Below, piece after piece: positions 25,618 to 38,400 of a stretch of DNA of 64,000 bases. A program made the translations under genes and the position numbers. A model generated the notes under the pieces. That model was not told the DNA's origin and did no database searches. It worked only from the letters and a program-made list of their open reading frames with translations. The stretch covers positions 124,001 to 188,000 of the forward strand of contig JAPEUI010000021.1 of NCBI GenBank assembly GCA_026025075.1. The letters are read 5' to 3'. The first letter of the stretch is position 1; each line of letters begins with the position of its first letter. Source of the DNA: Vezdaea acicularis. Lineage: Eukaryota.

Positions 25618-26600
25618 CTGTGGTTGGCTGTACTAAGACGGAGAAGCTGGAAAGGTGGGGGTAGGGGGGGTGGAAAGGAGGGAAGCGAATTGGTTGGACG
25701 CCATCGTGAGCAAGGGTCCGCCCAAGCCAAGCTAAACGGGCTAGCCGGAGCCTTTCCCGATCGGTCCGTGCTCGGAGCTAATGACGTTAGGGAGATAAGC
25801 GACCTCAGGGCACCGCCCTGAATTGAGATCTGTGGGACGAGCGGGAGGAAGAGCTTTTCCTTTCGATCACTTCAGCATGAACTGCGGCAGACTACCAACC
25901 TTCCCAAGACCAATCTATTATTGTGGCGTACGCACAAACGTCATAAGGGGCGCCCCCCCTTGCAACAGATCCTAAGCTCAGCCACTTAGATTCCGCGACG
26001 GTTGCGTGAAAGGTCCAACGCGAATCTCCAAGGCCCATCAGTAAGTGCATCCCGAAAATTACTTTCTTCATGCTTGCGTCAGAACATTTGTCCAATCACA
26101 TGGTCTTCGCGCTACACTGTCAATAGTGTAAATCTTATCGATGAGACATTACCTATAGCATTGAGCTCTACATGTCCCTCAAAGGGGGGGCAGACGATCC
26201 AGACACCACGCTGAAGTTGCTAAACCCATACTATGCAGAACAAGTTGACGTCTGCATGAGTAATCAAGCCGTTAAATGCAGAGTCTAGCCACCAAGAGGC
26301 GAGTAATGCAGAAAGCTGGAAAAATGATGCCAACATGAGGAGCTTCAGGGATGTGAGATCTAATTCGACAACCTGTGGTTGATGAAAGAGGAACGCAACG
26401 CTATGACTGTTACACAAAGCTCTATTTATCAGTTCCTCGTCAATCGTGAAATCTGTAATGCTCGGTCGTAACTAGGGGTTGCCGGCCAGGGAAGGGAAAC
26501 TGCCGCAGAAGCTCCCGAAAAATCGTTCAGGGGCGTGACTTGTAGCTAGGGGCACACTTAGTCAGGTAGCGCCAAGCCTTTTTGATTGATCTCCAATTTC

Positions 26601-28067
26601 CTAAATCGCATCGTATGTTGTGAAGTATGGTGTATTGGCGGATGAAGTGGGAGAGGAAAAGACGGGAGATAGTATGCCATTCGTTGTGCTTGAAGCGTCT
26701 TGCAGGAACTGGTCCTCATGGAAGCTGTCTGTGACACCCACCACATGACTCAAGTCGTACTGTTGACTGTTCTCTCCGGCCCGCTGCGGCAGGAGGAGAG
26801 AGTTCGGCTCCAGGTAGGCCAATGTAGCGTGCTGATCACTAAGAGGATGGCATTCCAAATTGCTTGGGTCCGTCCAGTGGTTAGATTCAAAAGAGTCGAC
26901 AGTTGCCAATGCGCAGCCGATCTTATTCGGAACCGTGGCCTTCTCTAGATCCCGTTCCCTCTTGTTTTTCCCTTTCCTTGCCGCTTTCCCGCCCTTTCTC
27001 CCTGGCAACTGCCGCGCGGGGACATAGCTATCCGCCTTGCAGGACTTTTTGCTGGGGCAAATTTTTCGATATCTTGTCGTCGACTTGACACCTCCGGTCT
27101 TAGCAGACGGCTCGAGAACCCATACGTAACCTCCTTTCTGCTTATCTTCTCCCGGTTGAATTTGCTCGACTTTCGTAAATGCCTAATTCTCGTCAATCTC
27201 ATAGCGATAGAGTGGGGCCGCAGCAACACTCACTCCGTTCATAGAAAGGTTATGTCGTATACTGTTTTGCCACCCTTTGTTTGACCCATTTCTTGGCTTG
27301 TCTGTGTGTTTCTCAAACCAATCGTATATCTCCTTGAGAACCATTCTATTTCCAGGAGCGCTAAGAAGTGCTTTGTATATTAGTTTTGCGTAGGGTTCAT
27401 CGCCACCGTTCTCCTCCCCGTCCAGGTCCTCCTCTATCATCGCAAAGTTTTCGAGATTTTCCAAGGTATATTGCGGTTGATGATGGAGCTCAGAGTACGG
27501 GTCATCTACATTTGCTATAGGCGCGGTAGAAGCTGTCGAGTCTATCGGAGAATGAGGATAAGGGAAGCCATGCTCTGCAGCTACCATCATTGGTTGGCGA
27601 TCATACATCAGTCTCTCTTTTTCCTTCAGCAGCTCGTTTTCATATAACGAGGGCGATGAGATAGACATATATGACTGATGCTTCTGAGGGTCCATCAAGT
27701 ACGATGTTGGCGGATACGCTTCAGATACTGGCCCAAAACCGTTCGTTGGAGATTGTGTGTAAATCGTGGAGTATCCACGTGGTCGAGAGGAGACCGAATC
27801 GTGCGGTAGAGCGTTATTAAATGTATATCCGTATGCTTTGTTATGTGCAGAAGGGTCTTGACCCTCGTAACGTGGTGTCATGCTATACATGTTGGTGTTA
27901 GGATGAACTTGGCGGCATTCAGAGCGGCCATCGCGAACGTAGTAGCCAGTCGGTCCATAGAATGAAGAAAGCTGTGCAGCTGGATCTGTGATCGAAGTTG
28001 TATTGCCTGGCTCTGGCGTATATAAGGAAGGCATTTCGACGGTTTCTTGTGGTATACGATTGACCAT
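26601..28067 (-). CDS. Forkhead-box transcription factor (Pezizomycotina FhpA-like subfamily)
   Basis: Exons 28067-27234 and 27182-26601; intron GTGAGT...TAG. Forkhead domain EPYAKLIYKALLSAPGNRMVLKEIYDWFEK...GWQNSIRHNLSMNG|AFTKV...YVWVLEPSAKTGGVKSTTRYRK. Confidence 0.92.
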
Positions 28068-29408
28068 TTCAAGAGTATGCGTGGGAGGATGCTACTGTAA
28101 AGTTAAGAAGGAGGGGCAAAGAAGATAGAGTTGTATTGTAGAGACGTCTTCAAGCGCATGCGAGACTGATGAAGACGGGAGGCGGCGAATTTGAAGCCCG
28201 TCCAACAGCACAGGAAGGAAGTCAGGTATTAGACCGGCTGGGTATGGAACATTGGCAACGAGCGTTTTAATCGCGTCGTACGATCAAAAGACAACGATCA
28301 GGGATCATAGGGTACGAGAGGGCGTTGAACGTGCTAGAAGAAAGGCTTTCCAGTAGAAGAGAGAGGCACAACGCGGAACATCTTCCCCAGACTAGGGGGA
28401 AGCGTCACCACAGCAAGGAAAAGCTGTATGCAATTACCCTCCAACGGACTGGTACCTGAACAGCAAGGCGCCGGACCGGGCCACTGTCATAGATGAAAAC
28501 AAACAGAGAAGATGCACCACAGGGCCAACGAGTTAGACTCATGAGTAGAGGGAGGTACACATGAGAGGGTTAGCGGGTATTCAAGCGGACGAGATGAATG
28601 TTGAAGCTGCATAGAAATGTAGAAGTGACCACGAGAGCGTGGTGGCAAGCCGGCCATCAGAGCAGCTTTCTGTTATTGGCCCTTTCTCACCCCCACGCGT
28701 TCGGCCACATCCAGGACTAGAGCAATTTGTTCATCTCCCAAGTCGCCCAGCATGCGCATGTCAGGCCTTACTCAAAAAATACGTCGATGCTCACGTCCCA
28801 AACGGAGGCACTGGCAACACGCGGGTGCTGGTGCTCAACCAGCAAGAAGCGTGCTGCAGCTCGCGCGGGGCTCCCGGGTATGTACAGCAACCCGGTGCCA
28901 ACGCAGGTCAAGGCGGCCTCTTTGATTGCTCAGCGCTTAACGAGCCTGCATGTTACGGCCTGAGGAGGAGGCAATGGCAGGAATGCGATGCGATGCGAAG
29001 CAATGTATACCCCCGGTTTGAATGTCCAAAAAGATCCATGCAATGAAGAGTATGTGGCCCGGCGCTTTCACCCTGATCTCCGCTGCCCACGTACCTTGGG
29101 CCTGGCCCGACGGGCGTGGTACGACCTTCCTAGAAGTTAGACTTTCGAATGCATTCTACGGATTTTGTTCAGTAATCACCTTCATTGAACGCGGGCTGCC
29201 AGCTTTCCGCAACGAAGTCTCGCCAACCTAGTTATAGTTTGGGTTTGAGCTGCATAACAGAAGGATGTGGGGGCTGATGAGATTCACACGGTGGAGAAAA
29301 GAAATTGATGCGCGAAAAAGGTTCTTGTAATGTACATATTTGATGTCAAGGCGGTCATATAACCCTGGACAGACGCCATCACTACAATTCTGATTGTACT
29401 TGGAACAA

Positions 29409-29504
29409 CTGCAAATATAGAATTTGGCAGCGGATCAGCGATGGCCGAGGACAGTGAAAAATCTGATTGCCCCTAGAAGCAAAAGGTAGTGTAGCTATAC
29501 TTAC
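29409..29504 (-). other. Putative spliceosomal intron in the cactin 3'UTR
   Basis: Minus strand G|GTAAGT at 29504, GCTGAT branch at 29439-29434 and TATTTGCAG| at 29409; 96 nt. Confidence 0.55.
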
Positions 29505-29769
29505 CAATTCTGGGATAGGCCTCAACTTGATTAAGAAAGTTTGCTACGGGGTTCTTGAAATGAATTCGGCGTCTAAGTTAAGCAATAGAACCCTCATAAT
29601 GCTCTTTGAGAAGAGTGGGGTTAATTGCAACGGCTGGCTTGTGCCATAGCTCTGCAAAGTTGTAAAGGACGACCAGTTGCGCAAGCCTCTCTCATAAAGG
29701 AGATCAACCAGAAAGCTATTGGTAGTCCAACAAGCAGAGGTGCAAGATTGTGCCAAGTCTGATCATTGT

Positions 29770-31445
29770 CTATTTCCGATAATATATCTATGCAGAGAAT
29801 TAGTTGATCCTAGGTTTCAATTACGTTGGATCGATTTGCTTACCTTCTTGAATTGAAAGTGTAGTTGCAGGATTCCCTTATCAAAACTGCTTTTGAAGCC
29901 TCGTTCACGCTTTGCGCTATAGTCCCATTCTTTATCGACTACCCTGAAAGCAATGTCTTCATATGGAGGGCCAGACATGAAGCGAATGAGACAGGTATCT
30001 TCTTCTCCGGCTGGAGCAAATGACTGGCCTCGCCTTCGCCCATTTTCACGCTCAATACGATACGTTGGGGCTTTTGTTTTGTCGATGAGATCGGGATAGA
30101 ATATGTTGAATTTGTAGCCTTGAACTACTTTGGGAGGGGGATTATCGTGGTCGTAATGGGTCTGGTTGTACTTATTCCACTCATAACCCATTTGTACTCG
30201 ATTGAAGTATCGTGGCTTTCTTGGTCGATGTTTGCCGGCCCATTGAAGGTTTGATCTCGTGGGGATATCCTCCTCTCCTGTGAATATTTCTTCATCCTCT
30301 CCAAAGCCGCGAGCTTCTTCCCTCTCGAACAGTGCCTTCGTTGCCTGCGAGAAATCCTCGTTTGCATGTGGTACAAATCGAGCTCCTGGATCGCTTGCTT
30401 TTGGAGGCCTAGAGGCTAACATCACTGAGGATTTGTCGATGTTACGTTGTTTCATTGGGACGTAACAAAGTTCAATAGTTTTCTTACGCTCCTCGATCTA
30501 AAGGTAACAGTGAGTTATTAAGATTGTGGTATCGAGTAAATCCAGACTCACAACTTTGCCTAGAAAGACCGCCTCTTCAACAACTTCAAGGCCTTTGTCC
30601 TCTGTTCTCAACTTCAGCAGTGGTTCTGGATCCATTTCCGCGGTATGCTCAAGTGGGAAAGTGTTCAGCTCAGATTCTTTAGGTAACATGGATCTACCAA
30701 GTATCGATTGAAGTTTGCTACGAAATATCTCTGCCTCCTCATGTTGCTGATTCTGCAGTAATTCTAGCCGTTTATCTAGTACAGACTGATACACAGTTTT
30801 CAACTTGGCTCGAGCCTTCCATATCGCAAGATTTTGAAGTAGCTGCTCCCAATAGTCCACGTCAATTGGCTCATTGGACAGTAGCTTCTGCTTTATCTGC
30901 TTCTCAAGTAGGAGTAGCTCATCATATGTCTTGCCCTTGAATAGTTTGTCCACTTCGGTCGATACGGAGCTAACTGCTCGACTCTCTGGAGCTGGACCTT
31001 GAGCCTGCTGGCGTCGATCTTTACAGACTTCTCTCATTGTCCTCCAGAAATCTTGATTTTTTCGATTTGTCTCCAAAACGATTCGTTCCTCAATATTCTT
31101 GCCGAGCTCTTCCAGCTTCTTGTCGTCCAATCCATCAAACACCCCATCCGGGCTAACCACATCCAGATCTGCCAAATCCTCATCCTCGGGGTCTGCTGGG
31201 CCGATGACCTGCAAGATTACCGCCAACCAATCTATCGGCCGCGGTCTACCTTCCCGGACTCGAATCACCGCAGCCTTATTCATCTGACGTAAGGCGAACG
31301 AGTCCTCTTGTGCCACCCACTGCCTTGTCTGCTCGTCATCTTGCACCTGGTTCAGGCGTGTTTGCTTGCGCGCATAGCGCTCCTCTTCTTCGTCCCGCGG
31401 ACGTTTTGCGTCCATCTGACGAGGCGGGGGAACATTCCTCTCCAT
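29770..31445 (-). CDS. CACTIN: Splicing factor cactin
   Basis: Exons 31445-30552, 30497-29844 and 29787-29770. Motifs WVAQEDSFALRQ, IDVDYWEQLL, RPRKPRYFNRVQMGYEWNKYNQTHYDHDNPPPKVVQGYKFNIFYPDL and GILQLHFQFKK|IYYRK*. Confidence 0.96.
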
Positions 31446-32634
31446 CCGGGAAGAGGGTCTTAGGCAGAAAAATGGTTCAGGAAGGTCGTATCGCTTGCAC
31501 AGTCATAAATTGGGTTAGGCTGGGGACCCTGCAGTTGCACGAGGTGAGTACAATAGCAAAGTGCCTACAAGGATAATAGTTGATCCGGCCGAGCCCGACG
31601 GGGTTTCGAATTAGCCGAGGCTAGCGGTGTAGAATTGCCGGCAAAGCTGATCAATGCTTCCGATGTGTTGTCAATCACGGGTAAGCCTTAGGCCATCTCA
31701 TTCCTGCACGTGGTCATCTACCCTGGTGTGCGGGCCAATGCATCAAACGCACTTTGACAAAATGCCCGGTGTGACCTTTATCCCGCAGCCAACCGCCTCG
31801 CTTATAGCGCTTCTTCGGCTTCTGGAATATACTTCCCCGGTTCCACGCATGAGTCTAGGCGGCTACACGCTAGATGATGATGGTGCCCGACAGAACGAAG
31901 ACCATGGGCAAGCACACCAGCTAATTGTCTTGACGCAAGCTGTCAGCCTCTACTGGCTGAAACGCTCTGCCTTGTCCTTACACGTTGCCTGGGTGCTGGC
32001 CAGAGGGCCAGCCAGGAGCAATTACTTGCTTGCGAGCTCAAAGAAGTGCGAGGCTCATGTGATCTCGTCACTTCAGAAGACTCTTTTGTTACGTTTCGTA
32101 TTCCCTGCCAACATGAAGGAGTTTGAGGGGCGCCGTATTGAAGCGGTCCGTTTGAGTCGAGTGCCTCCGCTGATGAGATTGAGGCAACGATACTCCAGTC
32201 ACTCAGCCTCTTGCTAGCATTTCGTAAATACGGGAAGTGCTGCATCTAAGCAGTAAAAATCTTATTCTATTACTAGTTAAGAGAATCGTAATTTGACAAC
32301 AATTTTTGATTAATGGGCAACGCAGAGGCGACCTTACAAGGATTAGCGAGATGTCTAATTTCAGGAGATCTGCCTTTTTGGAGGAATAGAGATAAATTGG
32401 AGATTTTGAACAATAGAATTTGCGTGCTACGACCCGGACAAGCTAATGTACTCTTGTTGTTATCAAGCGTCTTGGAGTTTTGTAACCATTTTAAAACACA
32501 AATCCTTCCCGAGGTCTGGAGCTCAATAGGCTGACCCGCGCCAACGTCAGGAAAGCTCATGCGCTAAAACTATATTCTTTTCCAGTAAATATACTCTTAC
32601 ATATGACATTCTCCTTTGATTTAGCGCTCATAGA

Positions 32635-34036
32635 ATGTATCCTGGCTGGCATATTCTCCCATTACAGCCTTCTAGACCGTGGATTCCGCCCTTACTTGTG
32701 AAGTTTGACGGCGATAGCGGTTCTAGGTATGAGATACTTATAACAGACCTTACTCGCGTCTGGTCTGAAACTCTGGATCGACGCCAGATTATCAAGCGTG
32801 CTTTGGTCGAAGAAACGAGCATTGATCCTAGCGAAGGTCCTAGTCAGTTGAAGATACTAATTGAGAAGATTCAGGAAACCCTAACTGGCGAGGTCGGCTC
32901 ATCATTGAAATTTATACACAACGGACAGAGCGCACACCTTGAGCTGAGAGTATTACGCCATCTGCCACCCCCGCTGAAAGCCCTCCAGTGGATATTTCGA
33001 CTTGAACTGGCATCTCCAGAGGTACTCACTAATCAGCTCGTTGCGCCATTACTGTCCTCTTTGGTCGACAGAGATAAGCAAGTGAAGTCGCTACTGGATC
33101 AAATAAGGATGAAGGACAGTGTGATAGCAAAATTGACAGATAAGATGAGCTCATCGGGCACAGACCTGAGTACGATATTTCCGGGCGCAACAGCCCCGAA
33201 CAAACTCAATCAGAGAATAGTCACTCGTGAAGCCGTTGGAAGATATGTTCGAGGTCTTGAAGAGTTCAAATTGTCTGTATGGCGAGATGAATTGAATGCA
33301 ATCCTTCGGACCCAAGACCTCTCTAGTCTAATGATAGAGGTTTTCAACGAAAAAGCTGCTACGATATCAAACTTGGGAGTTAGTAGCATCAAGCCTGCGC
33401 ACAGAAATTGGTGGGGGTTTAACGATCTTGATCCGAAAAGTACTACTTTGGATGGCGACCTAGCTCTTCAAACGTCCAGACCTCCGCTCGCGGAAGCTTG
33501 GAAACTGAAGAAGAACAATGATAAACCTCAGGTGAGTATACCAAGCCAACGCGCTGCATTGACCATGCTAAAAGGAATGCATTCCAAAGACCCCACCAAG
33601 TCCTGCCAATTCAATCAAGCATGAAGGATCCTCAAATCTAGATTCTGTGCGTAACCCTATGATACCATCGCCGACTGAGGCCGGGAACATAGATGATGAT
33701 AGCCGCGCCCCAGCTTCGACTGCAACATCTGTCCGTATGAAGTCGCGTTTCGGCACGATTGGTGGTCGCAAGAAGGTTGACTCTGCTAATGAAACAGACA
33801 CCCCTGCCTTCCCCAGGGCGGAAACAGTACAAAGCAAAGGCAGGAACACAAATGTCAACTTGGAATGTGATGCGTCTAAGTCAATGGTTGCAGTTCCTCA
33901 AAACAGGATGCAGCAAGATCCGAGTCCCTCGCAAGAGGACCCCAAGGAACGAGCCGATAGGAAACGAGAGGAGCTGAAAAAACGGCTGGGAGAGAGCAGC
34001 AACGCAACCAGCAAGAAGAGAAAGAAGCGATTTTGA
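32635..34036 (+). CDS. xlf1: NHEJ factor XLF/Cernunnos (Nej1/Xlf1)
   Basis: Exons 32635-33531 and 33575-34036 (43-nt intron). Head domain PPLLVKF...ITDLTRVWSETLDRRQIIKRALVEETSIDPSE, coiled coil LLDQIRMKDSVIAKL, and a basic C-terminus KKRKKRF resembling the XLF Ku-binding motif. Confidence 0.88.
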
Positions 34037-35430
34037 GATAAAAGGGTTAAGAAATTAATGAAGACATCAGGCTGCATCTCTTTTAAGTGTGAAAACGGTA
34101 CAGGGTTCTAACCATCCAGTATCTCAGTAACGCCATTCGCGCTCAATTCTGATGCCCCATGGCTATCTTTTATGAGATTCGCGTTCGGAGACTGAAGCAT
34201 GACGCGGTTGCTCAGCATAAAGGCATGAGTTACATTCTATCGAAAGTCATGTCCTATACTACGAGCGCGTACCATTCAGTTGATGAGATCAAGAGATTTC
34301 TAACCTACGTGGCATCACTAGGCATCTAATTTGACGCTTTAAGCGTATACCCTTGAAGTTTTCACCATTGGCGGTTACTTTCTTTCCACTTCTGATGCAG
34401 AAAAACATAGGACTGCGCCAGGTTCATCAGTATGACTCTTTTCCCTGCAATGGTACCTGTGAAGATAATGAGGGTTCCGGAGCTGTGCTATAAATTTGCA
34501 AGCAGTTTGAGGGCCCATCAAGATTGATCCACTGTTTTGCACCACAGAACACATCGTCGAAAGGTCGCCCTTTCTAGGTTGTTCTTTCTTTGTATGGAGT
34601 TCAGTAATTAAGGTCCGACTTTTATAGTAGGCACTAGTCCCTAAGACTAGCTTTCCCTTTCTAGCAGTTCACCTGATTGATAGTCCGCGCATGCAAGGGC
34701 ATGGGCGTAATTTCCCTTATTTTTGATTGCTATCTTGGTCAAAGAGTAGTAGAGACCGGCTATAGTCAGATGGTCTTTCCTAGATCGATTTCACTACGCG
34801 TTGTCTCGATAGCTCGGCCCATAACAACACCCCACCAGGTTCAGCAGCTTCCTAACAATAATTAATTTCTTACGCTTCATCTATGGGCTCTCGCTAGTTG
34901 CTGAACACATTTCTCCAGCCTTGTTAGCCTCTTCTGTTACTCGATTAAGCACCAGTAGTGATCATATTGCATTCCTACGCCCTTCTGAGATTTAGTTCCT
35001 GCCTTGCTCGCAAGTCCAGCTCAAGGTTGAGAAATATTCAAGTCAGAGCTTCAAGCTTTAAGAGAGTTCACAACGCCGACATGGTCTTCATAGTACTTTC
35101 ACACAAGATCTAGTTTTTAAGCAGGCTGACAACTTGTTACGGTCCTGATCCACGTTGTTCTAAGGAAAAACATAACCTGTTCTCGTCTACAGAACCCCTC
35201 GGGTGGTATGGGATCAAAGCCGTGGATTTGATTCCGTTTGTAGAGGGTTCAAATCGTGAGCTAGAAGTGACTTCTTTCGCCTATCACGCCACGCCACATT
35301 GAAGTAACCTCTTGTCAGCGGTATCTTGCTGAAATACTTCACGAATTTTATCCAAAACCAAGATTATCGCTTCTCGCCTTGTCGCGGTCTCTATCAGTAG
35401 GCCCGTGGCTGCACTTACCGGCCAGGTCAA

Positions 35431-38400
35431 ATGGACAAGGCGGGTCAGGACAAGGCAAGAAACTACCACAGTATGGAAGCCTCTGGCGGTGGGAGTACAA
35501 TACCTCAGCGTCAATCGAAAGCAATTCTTCTCAACCCTGAATGGTCCTCTACAACAGGATTTAGTAAAGAAAATGACAACGAGTCTCATACTAGACCTCT
35601 TGCTCCGACTACAGGGCCGGAAGAGAGCGATGCCAATTCAAGAGAGCAAAACCTCAATCTCAAGTGCAATCTGATTTGGCACACTGAGGAGTCTCAGGAG
35701 CCCTTGATAAGCGGTGGGCTAAGGCCTCAGTTATCGACTTTATCCGATTCTCGGAACTTGCAGCTCACATATCTTAAGGGAGGCGAGCTCGACCTAGTGC
35801 AAGGCAGTGAGCCAGGAACTTATGTACCAAATCGTGGACAACATATGGCTGATCCAACCATCCGAGACGGCGCCTTGAGTAGTAGTTCATTGGGAGGCGG
35901 ACCTTGGACTCACTCTCATATCGTACCTGGGCAGCCAAGTAGCAATTCCAGTGATTGTACTCCACCGAAGCTAACTCAAGTCAAAGAGCATGTTGACCGC
36001 CAAAGCGCCTTACGCTCACATGCTGCGGGTGTTGTTGTTCAGCAAAACCCTATGAAGAAAAAGGTTACCAAAGCGTATATTAGGGAGAAGGTCAGGCAGT
36101 CTCAAGAATTACAAGCGGGTTCACGCTCGAAAGCTGCGCAAGACACTTTACAGTTTCTGCGGAATACGTTTCATAGCATGGGTATCACGAAAGAAAATGA
36201 ACAATCAACAGACCCAGGAGATTTGCCAAGCCCTTGGAGTGACAGAAGGACTATCACCGAAGATCGACAGGAGAATTTGAAACTCGGAAATAAGACCAGG
36301 AGACCGTCATTAGAATCCGCTAGATTGCCACTTCGAGTAGATCTATTCCAAGGCGCTGAGAGGGGTGGAGTTTTGAGCTCTACAACACCAGGTCTTAGTC
36401 CCTCTCACTCTATCGTCCATCCTAGTAGCGGGCTGGAAGCAGTGGATACACTGCTGGTAGGCGTCTCCGATGCATTGGAGGACTGTGTTCACTTAGCTCA
36501 AGGTGCGTCCACCTCCCCTTTCTGCTATGACTCGTATCATTTGAGTAACCTCATAAGCAGGGTCTATTGAACAAGCATCACCGCGAGAACATGATCATCC
36601 ATCAAGCAGCGAAGACTTTCCGTCAACCGGTGAGCTCAGATATGCTATCAATCCCTCGTGTCAACACCGGCTATGCACTTCAACTACGTCATCGACGCCA
36701 CAAAGCTTGTCTCCTTCACCCCTCGCTAAAGCAGAATTGGAGATGGGCGTAGGGAAAGCCGCAAACAGCAATGGTATGTCTATTCCATCCATACACGCTG
36801 CTCAGAGCTGATGAGTTCCAGCACTTGATGCCACACAGTCTGGAGCACATCTCGCGAGGCCAATTAATGTCCCTTACGATGCAGCCTCCCTCCTTGCCAG
36901 CCACCTCACTGCCATTAAGGCTAACGCACAAGCCAAAGAACAGGCAGAGCATGAGGCAGACAATGTCTTGGTGGAAGTTCCTCTAATTCGTTGCAACGAA
37001 AGCTTCCCGCTCCTTGGTGCCTCATCTTTGGCAAGCAAGATAGCCTCCAGACGTGCAAGCACGCAGGTGGTTGAACAGCAGAGCGAAAACTCCGAATGTA
37101 AGAGGACCCCTACTTCAACAGGTCTAACGACAGCCAGACCGCGCGTTTCCTCGAATAAGCGAAGGCCAATTCCGGATGCTTGGCTCAGTTCCCGAAAGCC
37201 AGGAGACTATACAAGTACAATCGGAGGCCCTAACTGCGGTTCCTGGAGGAACAATACTGGACCGCTGCAGCCACGGGCAGTAGAAAAGAAGAAGCAATCA
37301 CCTCACCACAAAAAATCGACTCAGTCAATCTGTGGTGATCAGAGGCGTCGGAACGACAAACGCCCGCTTACAATTGTACAAGCTCCGTTTTTTCAGACTG
37401 AAAAGCGCGCAGCGGAGCGAAGAAGCAAGTCTCCAGATAAGGATACACCATCTCAACCTTCGACGCCTTCGAGATTGGCACCGCGCATATCTCATATAAA
37501 GTCAACCTCATCATTACGTCCAGCAACTCCTACTATAGCTGATCGAGGAAGCTCCTTGTCGTTCTCAAAGCAACCCACAAACTTTGGGGATAATCCCAAG
37601 CGAAGAGGGCATACTCGCGAGGAAGCCGAAATAGTCTCATCCGCTTTGGACAAGGCTGAATTGTCAAACCAATCTCTTAATTCTTCATCAGTCAGGCACG
37701 GATCCCAAACGTGGGCTGCCGTTGCTAGTAAATGGACTGGGTCCCCATCACCGCCGAAACAACAGCCGGGCATGCTGAAAGTCAGTGATTCAGCGAAGGC
37801 ACATTCTGCGTCATCTGAAGTTGGTAATGGGAACACGAAAGCAGGCCAGGCCAAAGCATCAGCAGTCTCTAGCCGGAGTACAAGTGTCGAATACAGCTCC
37901 TACGTAAACGCCGCCAATTCTTCCGTCGTGTCGAAAATGTCACAGAGTTCTTCGAGCACTGAAAGCAAGCTCAAAAATTTCACCGATTCTCCAGAATCAA
38001 AGGTCGCGCTCCCAAAAGGTGAAAGGTTAGCTCAAAGCGAGGAACAAAGTTTCCTTTCTCCCATCAGGAGGAGGGTAGATATGTCTTGGAAGCAAACCTC
38101 GGATACGCCTAGAAGCTCTATAGATGCGCTTGCAGAGTCCGCAGTGCACAAAGATCCCCCAGCCGCAAGGAGTTTCGCTCTAAGCGAAGCTACTGCGGCT
38201 CAGCGAGAGGGCCTCTCTCCACAGAATCCCGGACGAAGCTGGGCAGAGGTTGTCTCAGAGGGCAACTCAAATAGTACAACGCCTGCAGGAACTCTCAGAT
38301 CAACGAATAGCACCGCGCAAACGCAGACAGAGTTGAAAACAAAGATGTTCTTGTCAGATGATCAACCATCGCGAGCATCAGCGCTCACACGTTCGTCACA

